From Ginglymostoma cirratum (taxonomy: Eukaryota), in the NCBI GenBank assembly GCA_024137785.1, contig JAHRHZ010000268.1, forward strand, positions 15,109,734-15,173,733: a stretch of 64,000 nucleotides of DNA. Reading direction: 5' to 3'. Within the stretch, counting starts at the first letter, position 1; every line of letters starts with the position of its first letter. Below, in pieces: positions 50,851-64,000 of this stretch. Below the pieces are notes generated by a model. It ran no database searches and was not told where the DNA came from. It worked only from the letters and a program-made list of their open reading frames with translations. The position numbers and the translations under genes are program-made.

Positions 50851-53800
50851 GATGGGCTGTGACAATCTTAGGACTGCATGGAAAAAAACTGGAAATTCTA
50901 TTTCCAGTTTCATATGCATCCAATTACATAACAAAAAAGTAACTTTTCTTTATAGTATAAGATGTGACATTGATTACTCAGTAAATTTTTATTGGTTCAG
51001 GCCCATTAATAGCATCGACAAGCATAACCCCAGATGTAATGGTCCAAATCCAATTAAACCTCTTATGGAATTTTCATCCTGGAATGTTGGAAGATTTAGT
51101 GACTTTAAATGCTCCAAGGGAATTGGATTAAGTCGAGCAAAGGAAATTGTTTCAGTTGCACTTAAATAGCTCTCATTCCTTACTTATTTCAGCAAGCTAT
51201 TTGTTCCAATAATTTGGCCTCAATTGGCATATAAAGAAAAGGAGGATTAGAAGAAAATAATGATCAAAGGGATCACAAAGTAAATCTGGATATCTTTTAA
51301 CCGGTCCAATTCTAACTAAGGGTCATAAACCCTTGATTGTCTAACAAGTAAATTTACTGTGTGATGCAGTACTCAGTCAAGTAAATAAGCAAGAACCAAT
51401 GGTTGATTCCTACTTTGTTCTGAATCTTGATTAAAAGAGGATTTGGAATGCTACAATTAACTTGAAGTTGCCCGAAGTGATCTGGGGAACATTGGGTAAC
51501 CATGATCAGACTCTCTTTGAATAATTGAACAGCGAAGGGATGAGTCAGATTCACTGCATTGGTTCAAAAGCAGCAAGACGTTATTTATGGTTTTTAAAAA
51601 ATGCATGTGACTCCTAACTGCCCTCTGAAAAAGCCTGGCGCCCAACTTGGTCAAACCACTATGAAAACGTCAGATACAAGTAAACAAGATAGACCATCTG
51701 GTTCCAACCCAGGCATGAGACAGGATTAATGTAAACTCAGACCAGTCAACACTGCAAGGTTCTCCTCACTAACATCTGAATCCAGTGCAAAAATTGGGAC
51801 GCTTGTCCGACAGTCAAGTTAAACAGTATGAAATCATTTGCAGAATCCTACTTCTTTTTACCAACATCCAGATTTCTCAAAACCTATCTCTGAATATGTT
51901 TTCTCCCATGATTTGTACTTTCAGCAGACATGTTGTTTCTGCTGCATGGTAAAGGACTAAGTAATTGCACAACCAATGGATCAGAAGCAAGGTCTAGTCC
52001 TGCCATATTTTCTTTCTTTTAAAGAAGAGGAACCTGCAATGACATACCTGTCTTTAATTGTACGGAAGCTCAACACAGTGCAAAAGACAAACTTAAAACC
52101 TTTCTTACTATCTTCAGCCAGGCATACTAAAATCCCCAGCTCGCAGATGCAAGCTTTCAGCCAATTTGATTCATTACACGTGATATCAAGAGGCTGGAAG
52201 GGGTACAAACATAATTTGCTCCATTACCATCTATCTGTGTCATTTCAGTCTTAGAGATCTGAATGTTATTTCTTTTTTCAAACAAAAAAGGTGTGATTCT
52301 ACCAATCATAATTTCAGACTTTTTAAACTAGATTGTGGGGCAAGTATCACAATTTTTGACACTGGATCTAGATGTTAGCCAGGACGACCTTACTGTGGAC
52401 TGGTCTTTATATTTATCCTGTCTGGTGCGTAAGTTGATGCTCAGTGGAATGTCTTATTTGTATTGGGTGTTTCGTAATAGTTTGACTAATTGTGTTGTTG
52501 AGAGTGAAATAGCAAAAGATAGTTGAGCCTAGGACACTACTCTGGGAAACTCTTGTGGTAATGTCAGGGAATGAGATCATGGGGGTGCCAGCTATCACAA
52601 ATATCCTTTCTCTTTTGCGATGTATAACTCCAACCAATGGAGAGTTTCATCTTTTGATTCTAATAACTTCAGTTTTGCAAGGGGTCTTTGGTGCCTTGGC
52701 ATCAAGCACAGTCACACTCACCTTGCTACTTAGTTACCAATACCAAGTTCACTGATTTCTGTCTGGTTTCCTGCAGGGTCACTTTATTCCACACCACATT
52801 GTACTCTTGTTCCAAGCCGAGACAAAAAAGCTGAATTCTAGCAGAAAGACCACAATCAAATTCTAGTGCAACTGCTGGACAGGGCTTACCAGGAGTTCTT
52901 TTTTTTAAAGTTATTTAAAAACTCCCAAAGCCAATTACACAGGTTATGTATTGACAGCAAAAGGGACTCCCCTTGCTGTGCACATATATGTAGACAGACA
53001 GACACAGGTGGGGAGGGAGTAAAAGTGAAATGTGGGTGTTATGGGTAGAAGGAAAGACTAAGAAAGCAATTCAATGAACCCTGTTGATCAGGTCCTTTTG
53101 GCTTATCAGGATATGCTGCCACTTGATTCTCCTTTTTGCCAGATACACTTCACTTTTGCAGACGGCACAGGTTCATATTTCTAACGTCTCTAATTTATCA
53201 AAAGTCACAGCTTACAGCAAGTGGGAAAGGGGGAATAGGCTGGCAACTTTTCAGGCTTGAAGGTTTTGCTTCAGAGCAAAAGCAGCTCCTCCATCTCCAG
53301 AGGTACAATGATTTCAAAACATTCATACACCAAAGCTGTTCACATGCGCTGGAGCCAGTCTCAGTAGTTGGCAGGCAGAAGGTTCTTGTCATCACTAGTT
53401 GGTGACTAGTCCACAGACCAATCAATACGTAGTGCCGGCTGAATTTTAATTGTACTCACCCTTTGACTCCAGCTCATCTTCAAACTACACTTCTACAACT
53501 GCTCAAGTAAGCAGCTATGGAATCAATACTCGCACTGAGTGTCAGGTTCCTTCGCTTTTTTTTTTAAATGAAACATGTTTCAAATAGTCTTAACGATTTT
53601 AAAATGGTTCTTAGCCATTCAAGTCAATGTTATTTTTTCAAAAAGTGAAAATATGACCTTTACAAAAGTGACAGTTGAGTTCAACCACAGGCTACTTCAA
53701 AGTTTTATTTCCTCACGATACCGCAATCTGTTCCAAAGCATCTAGCATGAGTGTTACTCTAGTGAAGAGATAGCATCTGAATGCAAAATACAAGCAAAGG

Positions 53801-54209
53801 AAGCACATGTACATCACTCATGTACAGCACTGTCAAGAGCAATATTTTCAATGTGGAAAGTGGAGGGTGCTACAACGGTATGAAATCTTCCAGATCTAAA
53901 TTCTAGTAGCATCTCAGCATGCTCTGGAATTCAACAGTCTAGGTGAAAAATTGAATATAATGGACATGCTGTTTATTTGATGTAAACAGCTGAAGAGGGA
54001 GGGCTCACTGTACCACAGATCAACCATCAGGCTCAGAGGTCCCCACATCCCCAACAATCAAAATGGAACAACAACAAGTACTGAAACAGCAACAGATGAT
54101 ACAGGAATGACACTCTCTCGGGAGAAAGCATCATCCAAATGAACAGTGAACAAAAAATATGCACAAGTGCCGTTCAGAGATCAGCACAATTTAACGATTG
54201 TGCCACAAG

Positions 54210-54325
54210 AGTCTCTGTACCAATTGTAGTGTCCCTATCTCTGAACCAACACGCTAAGGTTCAAATTCCAAATGCTCCAGACCTGTGTAATAACATTTCT
54301 GAGCAAATTTAATTAGAAAATATCT
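54210..54325 (+). mobile_element. Short tRNA-derived SINE-like repeat (other copies near 25835-25935, 44335-44440 on -, and 45305-45412)
   Basis: GTAGTGTCCCTATCTCTGAACCA...GGTTCAAATTCC...TAACATTTCTGAGC...ATTAGAAAATATC. Confidence 0.6.
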
Positions 54326-55219
54326 CAATTATGATCTAGATTTCCTGCTGGCCAAATAGTCATTATCCCAGCATAGATGGGGATACAAACAGGACACTGC
54401 AGAATTCCTATCTTAGCAGACTATGAAGGAATTGGCTGGGAAATAGAGAAATTGCCCAGTGAATTATACAATGCCTGGAACCCTCCATAACACTCCATTT
54501 TAACATGGAAGTCCCAATGAAATTAAGTAAATAGTTACTCAGGAAATGTTTAAATACACAGTCTAACTCCGAGTTACTATTCAACAGACCCCACATGCAC
54601 TACCAACTGCAGCTGCCACGGACCACTTGCCACCTCTTAGATGCTTATCTGACATCCCTTTCCCACATCTTTTCTCTGGATCCAATCTGCTTCACTCCTC
54701 CCATTACCCACTCTCTTTTCCCCAATAACAGACCTGACTCTGCCTGCCCCAAAGGACCTGACACCCATGCCTGTCATGCCCCCACCCTCCCTCAACAACA
54801 ACACCGATCCTAAACACTGAATCGCTTACCTAGTCCCCTTGCCGTGTTACCCCATACCCTTTGGTTTTCTGTCCCACCTTGTGTCCTGCTTATCTGACAC
54901 TCTATCCTTCAGGCTCCCTAACGTCACATATTGTGTATTTACTGTTTGATAGCAGCTGTCAATGTGTCTGTGTGAGATTCTGGATGTTTACATTTCAGAA
55001 TACAGCAGCTGACCTCTGTGTAAAGAGGGCATGATTTCCTTTCCCCTGACAATTCTGCACTACAAGAGAACTGTCAGCATGGATGTAAAGTTCTTTCTGA
55101 AGGAGTCCTGATCAGAATCTCCTTCCAGAAATACAAGTGCTCTTGCTTTGCAAAAGTACAATGCAGTGGCAGTTGATATGAGATTGCTACACCTAGCAAA
55201 ATCTGAGTAAGATAAAGAT

Positions 55220-56320
55220 CTTGGTGTTGGTAGCATGGACAGAAGATTGGCTGTTTGGCAGAAAGAAGAGAGTGGGGATAAAAAGGTCTTTCTCAGGATG
55301 GCAGCCGGTGAGTAATGGTTTTCCACAAAGGACAGTGTTGAGACCACAAATTTTCACTTTATACATTAATGATCTCGATGAAGGAACTGAGAGCATTCTG
55401 GCTAAGTCTGGAGATGATACAAAGATAAGCGGAAGGACAGGTAGTATTGAGGATGCGGGGTAGCTGCAGAAGGACTTAGACAGATTAGGAGAGTGGGCAA
55501 AGAAATGGCAGATGGAATACTGTGTGAGAAAGTGTGAGGTCATACAGTTAAGTAGGAATAATAGAGGCATGGACTATTTTCTAAACAGGGAGAAAATTCA
55601 GAAAGAGCAAAGGGACTGGGGAGTTCTTGTCCAGGTCTCTCTGAAGGTAAAATTGCAGGTTGAGTTGGTAACTGGGAAGGCAAATACAATGTTGGCATTT
55701 ATCTCAAAAAGACTAGAATATAAAAGCAGGGATGTACTTCTGAGCCTTTATTAAGCTCTAGTCGAACCACATTTGGAGTATTGTGAGCAATTTTGGGACG
55801 TATACCTCAGTGATGATGTACTAGCTCTGGAGCGAGTCGAGAGGAGGTTCATGAGAATGATCCCAGGAATGAAAGGCATAACATACAAGGAATGTTTTAG
55901 GACTCTGGGTCTATAGTTGATGGAGTTTAGAAGGAAGTGTTGGGGTCTTGGGTTTAATTGAAACTTATGGAAAACTGAATCCCCTGAACAGAGTGGATAT
56001 TGGGAAGATGTTTCCATTGGCAGGAGAGACTAGGACCTGAGAGCACAGCCTTAGAATAAAGGGAAGACCCTTTAGAACAGAGATAAGGAGAAACTCCTTC
56101 AGCTTGAGGAACTCATTATCACAGAGGGCTGTGGAGGCCAGGTCATTGAGTATTTTTAAGACTGAGATGGAGAGTTTCTTGATTGTCAAGGGGATCAAAG
56201 ATAACAGGGAGAAAGCGGGAGAAAGGTGTTGAAAAACTTATCAGCCACGATTAAATGGCATAGCAGACTTGAAGGGTGAAATGGCCTAATTTCTCCTCCA
56301 AGGTCTTGTGGGCTTATGGT
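55220..56320 (+). mobile_element. CR1 LINE RT and 3' end
   Basis: WQPVSNGFPQRTVLRPQIFTLYINDLDEG...SGDDTKI, KANTMLAFISKRLEYKSRDV and PHLEYCEQFW. Confidence 0.88.
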
Positions 56321-58449
56321 TTCACAAATAATTCATTGGGAAACCCACTGAGATTGGATGAAGACTTCAATTTATATAAATTCTGGATGGCTCAATTTTA
56401 ATCAAACTTTCTCTGAAGCAAAATGTTACTGTTCAGAACTGTCAGCATAGCTTACTTAGATCTGTAAAGTATAAGATGCTACTATAAATGAGTAATAATA
56501 CTTTTTTGCATTTCATTTTTTACCAAAGCTGAACTCAATTCTTGTTAGAATGATGGAAACCAGCAGTGTGTTAAACTATGAACATACAGAACTTTGACAT
56601 CAATTATCACCTTTTATTAACTTAACATTTTATTAGGTCTTCAAGTTTGAATTCCTTTCCTTGTTTGGTGAACTCAAAGTCTTACCTAATCAACAACATT
56701 TTTTATGCACCCATAAAGATCAACTTTATGACTCATATACATAGTTTCATTTGATTTTTAAACCAAATCTGACTTTTTTTTTATCACCAGCTGAAATAAC
56801 TAAAACAAATGAACTCCTTTTAATATGAATTTGATTTCTACTTGGGTAGAAATTTCTACTAGTTTATTGCAAACTATTTATTTGTGCATTAACCTTCTCC
56901 CATAAACAATGGAGTTTATTATAAGGCAGAATGGCTAATTTTGCACAAAAATGCCGTTTTTAAAAAAAAATAAGGTTTGTTTTCCAAAGCTCCATCTGGT
57001 CTGATATATATTTCAAAGAGTATTACTTGAAAGTGTATTCTCATCTTCTCTCCTGAAGTTAGTTACTGAATCTTGGTCAGGACAGCTAGTTAGTTTCCTG
57101 GACAGGTGGCTCCTGTGTATTTTAAAATATGAGGGTTGGCTTTTAAACTATTCAAACCATTGCTATTGAGTCCAATTCTGTCCTTACTGACAATCACTTA
57201 AGTGCTTTCCCCAACATGGATTGGTGGATAATGATTATCTAGGAAGTGAATCACTGTCTGCTTCATTCATCCTGCCTTAACCAAAAACATTGTCATCAGC
57301 TCTGTTTTGGCATGTTTGTATTAAAAAGATGGATGCCAAATATATTGTTCAAAAAAAGTTGAGTAGGACTCTTGTAGAGCTATCATTTTAAAGTTTCAAC
57401 TGAGAGCATGAAAGGGAGACTCCTGGAATTTCTCAAAACAGTTTGTAAGATATATTGGCACTCACTAACCAACATTCCTCCAATATTTTGTGAAATATCT
57501 GAAATAAAAAAAGCATGGTAATTTTATAGCTTTCTAATGAAAGATCTGGTCTGATTGTTGGGCCAGCTTTTGATCCTTGAGGCAGGTTCCAGTAACAACA
57601 AAAACTGGCTCTCCAGCCCACAGATTTTTTCCTCCGTTCTTTGCCCATGCCTCACTCATGCCCCCTTCTCAAATTCTATGTCTGCTCATATCCCATTGCC
57701 AGTCAATGGCATTTCCATGACTATCCACTTGTTTTGCACTGTATAGAGTGAATAAACACTATAGTGAAATTTGTGTGTGTTTAAAAAAAGCCTGTCTTTA
57801 AAATAGTCGCCTGTTCACTACAGACCAATATCTATAGGTGTCTGAATGAATGACATTAAAAAAAATTGCTAAAACTGCAAGCACATCAAAACTCTTAACT
57901 TTGTGCAAACAAACATTGTGAAATTGATAGCAGAGATCAGACACTAACAGCTGTCAAGCAGGAACTAGTGTTTCTAGACAGTCATGGTTGACTGGTCTAT
58001 TGGCAGAAAATAGTTTACTGAGTCTTGTGAGGGCATGAAGGGATATGGGAAAGAGACATATTTTCGGGGGATTACAGACAATGAAGATGGAGAGACATAT
58101 CTTGACATGAGGAGGACCTTTTCAACTTGCCTTTCAAAAGGTTCCCTAAGTGTCGCAACACCCTTGTGCAACAATCAATAACCCTCCGAAGATTTGGCCT
58201 AGCTCTATGGAAATTCTAAAGGAATAAACCATACCAATTTCCCACAATGGAACTGGTCATTTTGGGAGAGTCAGCTGCAGGCACATGACAAGAACCAGCC
58301 CAATCATAGTAAAGGTTTTGAAATTTAAAACATCCAGGAGTTCCAGAATATGGTCCTACTTGTCTGCATATGGGGCTGTCATTGTCATTCCTATTCATCC
58401 AAAAATCTGGTCCAAAAGCTCTTTTTCCTTCTCCTTCTTTTTGTGTGTG

Positions 58450-58825
58450 AGGCAATCATGTGGTGGTAATATCTTAGGCTAGTAATCCAGAGCAATGTGC
58501 AAATGCTGTGTGGTCAGGGATTCAAATCCCATTATAGCAGCTGCTAAAACTTACTTTTAATACCAGATGTGTATTAAATGAATTTAAGATTCAGTATTGA
58601 CCATGACATTATCAATGATTTGTTATGAAGGCCCTTTGGTTCATCACCCTTTAGAAGCTGGTATCATCCTTGCCTGGCCTAGTCTGCAGACGATGACAGA
58701 TCCATAGCAATGAGGTTGGATTTTTTAAAAATAGCATTTTGAAATGGCCCAGCAAATCAATCACTTCAAGGGCATAGGGGGCTGGGCATTACATGCTGGC
58801 CTTGGCAGTGACATGTATATCTTAT
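58450..58825 (+). mobile_element. Old Deu-core SINE
   Basis: GGATTCAAATCC B box, GGTTCATCACCCTTTAGAAG...CCTTGCCTGGCCT Deu-like core, and tail ATGCTGGCCTTGGCAGTGAC. Confidence 0.6.
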
Positions 58826-61379
58826 CAAATTATCAACTTCGCTGCCAGAAATTCTCAGTGTTTCTAGCATTTTCTGATTTATTGCCTTAAAATATAAGGA
58901 TCAAGCTTTTTGGATTGACGGGGAAGCTAAATCTGTGCATGAATGAGAAAGGATCAGAACAATATGCTGATTAGTTCGACACAGTAAGGGGGGAGGAGGT
59001 TTACGTGGAGCACAGAACCTGCCATAGACCAATGGGCTGAACTGTGTTTTTGTATCATACATTTCCACACAACATACTAAACCTGTTGGTAAATGACATA
59101 CTAATTTGTCCAGCGCTGGGTGCTCCAGATACTTTTTTGCATGTCACAACAGTCCTGTTCTCCAGGCAAACCTGCACTCCCTAAATGTGAGCTGAAGTCT
59201 CACCTTATGCAAGAAGTAATCCGATCATTCGTTGTTCACTCTGCAGTTCTTAAGTTTATAATTGAGGCACACACATTAAACAGTTTTTGTTTTATTATTG
59301 TGCCAACTGGCAGTCAGTCAGATAAATCACTGGCAAACAATATAGCAAAATTCAAACACTTTGTTGCAAAGTAATAAAATATATCACAGGTTGCCCAAGT
59401 TGTGGAAATTGCATTGTCTGTGCAATAACTGGTAGCTCTCTGGTGAAGCAGGTTGCTCTAAAGGAACCATATTATAAGATCCTTAACTATATCAACTTTG
59501 AAGTGTAAACTGTGTGTAAAAAGATCAAAATTTTGTAACTTCAGAAACAAATACCATCTCCTATTACATTTTAAGCTGTAGCAGCTTGAAAGGCTTTCGG
59601 TACACAAAACTGGTCTGCTGCAGAGAAAGACCACTTTAATCAATAGCATTTATAGTAATTACGGAATTGCACAAATGCAGCTGATTGCATAGCCAGGATC
59701 GTCTGATGTAGTGCATCAAGTCACTTAGGAACCAACATATTTTAAAGAAAATGAGAAGTAACTTAATTACAAGTGATTATCAGTAAATCTGTTCTAAACT
59801 GCTAAGAGCATTGAATTTTGAAATTTGATTACTTCAATAATGTTGCAATTCAATTTTTTATTCATTGTTTGAACCTCATTTTGCTGCCAGCTTCAATTTT
59901 TGATGTGGAAATTAACTTCTTTTTTCCTTCTACTGACTCTGTTACAATTAATGGATCTCTTGTGTCACTGCTTAGAGGACACTGAAATAATTACTCTCCC
60001 ACTTTTTTTTATAGTTTTGTACTTGCTTTCTATTAGTCTCGACTTTGTCTCTTCCATGTCTCTCAACAATCTGCTTCGCGCTATTCCCTTTTATGTTCTA
60101 TCTTCCTTCTTTCGCTTGCTTTATGCCTCTTTTATTTCCTTTATCTTTGAAGGGAGCCTGTGACTGGCTTGCAATGGTGAAGGGAACTGCCACAGATCAT
60201 AGCGATGTGTTTTCAGTGCCTGGTTTGGAAAGGAAATGAGTTGAAGTAGTGGGAATATACCAATCGGCAAATTGAAACAACCGTAGACATAGGTCTATTT
60301 TGATGTGGCAATCGAAAGGAATTTTCGGATACAACTGGTGGGTGACATTGTGTCCTTGTGTTCTGTTCCTTAATGTAGAATTAACATTCTCATACTGGAT
60401 TGGTAAGTAATGTAGGTTGAATTTTCTTGAAAACCTTCAACACGTTTTAACTTGGCAGACAAACCGAACTTGCAGACCAACTTATGTACACATCCAAGTT
60501 GTAAACATAACGTCCTCATTGTTGCTGGTCATGTGGTGTCATCCTGATTGTTGGTTTCTTTTTGCATAATCAACTCTTAAAACAACACAGTTGTTAAAAC
60601 AATGACACTTTTTTTTGTCTCACGAAAAAATAAGATACACTAAAAGTGAAAATAGGTGTAAATTACATAGCTGCAAAACTATTCGTACGAAAACAAGAAT
60701 TAAGAAATTAGTTTAAGTCTAAGATGGTATTTGTCACTGGGATACCATCTTAAGGCTTGAAAATTGTCACAACCTCTCAGTGTGGTGAGAGAAGGTGGCA
60801 ATAGAGAGAGTGGAGGCCTATTAGAGGGAGAGCTCAACTATTAGACTCACTCACAGCTCCATCATAGCTATTTGCTGTCCCAGAACTTGTGATCCTACTT
60901 GGGCTCCAAAGTCTCAGTTTTCAAGGTTCTGGTTTGAGTTTTTTCTAATGTAGGTGGATTGATAATCCATCCAAATCTCATGATGCTGTGATCTTTTGGA
61001 CATCTGGGTTACATGCTCTATTGCTCTAAACTTGTGTATATATGTTGGTTTCTTGCACAACAACCAACACTCGAGCATGGATAATTAGATTGTATTCTCT
61101 ACATTTCCTTCAATTAGATTCTGTTTTTCCTCAATGTTGCTTTATTGGGTATTAAGACTTTGTAGTATATAAATTCACTGCACACTTTGCATTTGTAGAT
61201 AACCGGATTCTTTTGGGTAGGGTGTATGTCTGTCATGTACATCTTCTTTATCCCGTGTTTTCCAAGGCGTTTGTTCTCTATTTCTTGGAACTTGGAATGG
61301 TTATGGATTGGTTGTGTTGTCTGCAATCTGGAGCACCCTAGCTTCAAGTTGAGCGTTGTGAATGACCACACTTGGCAGA

Positions 61380-63900
61380 GTTACATTGTAAGTTAGGGGA
61401 TGTGCATGGAAAGGTAGACAGGTTGGCAGGAATCTAGGGAGGTGGGAAGCCAATGGAGTTTATAGGAAGGGCTACTGGGAAGGAAATTTGGATGTTCAGG
61501 GGCTCACTAACCAAATGGGACAGGGACTGCAAGAAAATGGCTGCAACCGCACTTGGACCGAGTAGGGTAAATGCGTCCTCCTGTGAGGAGGGTGCTACAT
61601 CCACCAATGTTCTCATTTTCAAAGGGAATCAACACAGCATGTGAATCCAGGTACTGTAAATGACAAAGATGTGGTGTCCCTATTCCCTGGCCATCAAAAT
61701 TCATTGCTCATGTGTAGTGAATACATCTGCCCCAAATATTCCTGAACAAATCATTGACAGCTACACTCCTGGTCGCAGAGACCACAAAAAAATTAGGAAT
61801 ATTGTCCATGTAGATCCAAAGTTCCTCGTTCTTCCAGATGATGTAACAGGCTGTCAACACAGACCTCCATACGGTATCGGCCATGATCTATGGCTGCTCA
61901 CCCTCCCTTTCGGAAATGCCTGTGCCCTTGACTATAGAGTCCCCTATTACTACTGCCCACCTAAACTTTGACCCTCCCTGCCGTACACCCAAGCCAGTCA
62001 CCATGCCAATGATCTGGCTGCTGCTGTTCCTTTCACCTGAGAGGAATAAGAAAGGTGCAACACTATGATGGGGTTATACTGTAGGCCTTCCAATAGCCAG
62101 TGTGAGATATTGAACAGATACATAAGTATATCCTAGAAAGATGTAAAAACAACAGGGTTGTTGTCGTGGGCAATTTTTAACCTCCTCAATATTGACTGGG
62201 ACTCCCTTAGTTCCACGGATAGTGGATAGAGTAGAGTTTGTTAGGTGCATCTAGGACGATTTCTTGAAATAATATGTAGGTAGCCCATCTAGGGAAGGGG
62301 CTGTACTAGACGTTGGGGCATGAGCTTGGCCATGTTATTGAAGTTTCGGTGGGGGAACATGTTAGGAACAGTTATTGTAATTCAGTACGTTTAGAGGTAG
62401 TTCTGCATAAGGATTGGACTGGTCCTCTGGTGAAAGTGATTAATTGGGCCAAGGCTAATTACCACAGTATTAGGTGAGAACTGGAGAAATTAGATTGGGG
62501 GCAGCTGTTTGAGGATAAATCCACATCTGAAGTGGGAACCTTTTAAAGGTTAGTTGATCAGACTTCAAGACAAGCATGTTCCTATGAGGCTGGGATATAA
62601 GGATGGCAAGATTTGAGAGTCTTGGATGACTAGAGACATTGAAAGTTTAGTCAAAAAGAAAAAGGAAGCATATGTAAGGTTTAGGAAACTGAAAACAGAC
62701 AAGGTCCTTGAGGAATATAAAGGGAGCATAAAAGAACTTAAAGAATTAAAAGGGCTAAAAGGTGCCATGAAATATTCTTAGCTAGTAGAACTCAGGAGAA
62801 ACCCAGGCCTTTTTATATGTATATTAGGAGCAAGGGGGTAGCTAGGGAAAGAGTAGGTCTTCTCGAGGACAAAGGAGGAAATTTATGTGTGGACTAAAAG
62901 AAGTGGGTGAGGTCCTTACTGAACACTTCACCTAGTGTTCGCCAAAGAGAAAGATGTGGATGATAGTAAGATTAAAGAGGGATATGTTGATATTAAGAAG
63001 GAGGAGGTGCTGGGTGTCTGGAAAAACATTAAGTTAGTCAAGATCCCAGGGCCTGATGGGATCTATCCCAGGATGCTAAAGGAAGCAAGGGAAGAGTTTG
63101 CTGGGGCCTTGATAGAGATCTTTGTATCTTCTCTAGCCACAGGCAAGGAGGTCTCACAAGACTGGAGAACAGCCAATGTTGTTCCCTTGTTTTAAGAAGG
63201 GCAACAGAGATAATCCAGGAAATTACAGGCTGGTGAGCCTTACGTCAGTGGTAGGGAGATTACTGGGGAGGATTCTTTAGGGACACGATTTACTCAACAT
63301 TTGGAAAAGAATGAACTTATTAGGGATTGTCAGCATGGTTTTACAGCATGGGGAAGGTCTTGTCTCAAATTTAATTTGAGGTTTTTGAAGAAGTGGTAAA
63401 GATGATTGAAGATACAGCAGTGGATGTTGTCTATATGGATTTTAGTATAGCATTCACCAAGTTCCCTCATGGTAGGCTGGTCAATAAAATCAGGTCACGA
63501 GATGCACGGTAAGTTGGATACAAAATTGGCTTGGTCATTGAAGACAGAGGGTCATAGTGGAGGTGTGTTTTTCTGATCAGAGGCTTGTGATCAGTGGTGT
63601 TCCACAAAGTTCAGAGCTGGGATCACTTTATAATACATAAATGATGTGGATAAAAATATACATGGTCTGATTAGTAAGGTTGCACATGCCATGAAAATTG
63701 GAGTTGTAGTTAGTGAGGAAGGTTGTCAAATGATTCGGCAGGATATACTGAAGCTGGAGTCTCGGGCAGTGAAATGGCAGCTGGAGTTTAATACAGACGC
63801 AATGATGCATTTTGGGAGGCCAAATGTGAGAAGAAAGGATACAGTAAATATCAGAATATTTTTAAAACATTAACATACAGGAGGATCTTGGGATGTGTCT
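61380..63900 (+). mobile_element. Decayed CR1 LINE (APE plus RT) with inverted ORF1 piece at about 61880-62040
   Basis: GLYCRP, VVVGNFN, KIPGPDGIYPRMLKEAREE...DWRTANVVPLF, NYRLVSLTS and WQLEFNTD. The minus strand at 61880-62040 gives AVVIGDSIVKGT. Confidence 0.85.
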
Positions 63901-64000
63901 GAGGGAAAAAAAAACTCCGCAGAACTTGGACTTGGTCAAAAAGATGCAAAATCCAGATCACCATATCTGTCATGGATGTGCTTGAAATATTTAACTTTCT

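Noticed and set aside
56320-61300. Mostly unique AT-rich stretch that could hold exons or conserved elements of a neighbouring gene
   Set aside because: No recognisable coding motif or supported splice structure. It would need comparative or RNA data.

Overview
Eukaryotic, AT-rich, repeat-dense genomic DNA, most likely from a cartilaginous fish (shark). This is inferred from HE1-type V-SINEs, Deu-core SINEs, abundant CR1/HER1 LINEs and shark-type Penelope termini. The only host gene I can support is the 3' part of PXYLP1 (2-phosphoxylose phosphatase 1, histidine acid phosphatase family) on the + strand, with three coding exons at 2005-2131, 27055-27194 and 31383-32314. Its upstream exons lie before the window. 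The rest is intronic or intergenic and largely made of decayed retroelements: CR1, L2-like, one Tx1-clade relic, a Harbinger-type Myb relic, three SINE families and at least two families of Penelope-like elements (PLEs). The most notable structure is a dispersed set of more than 10 PLE terminal repeats, most of which carry a minimal hammerhead-ribozyme motif or a decayed version of it. Several form fold-back (inverted) units, and some have 14-15 bp target-site duplications. One copy with an intact catalytic core is in sense orientation about 113 nt upstream of the last PXYLP1 splice acceptor. There are two assembly gaps (22798-22807 and 30800-31199). Repeat boundaries were read by eye and are approximate.
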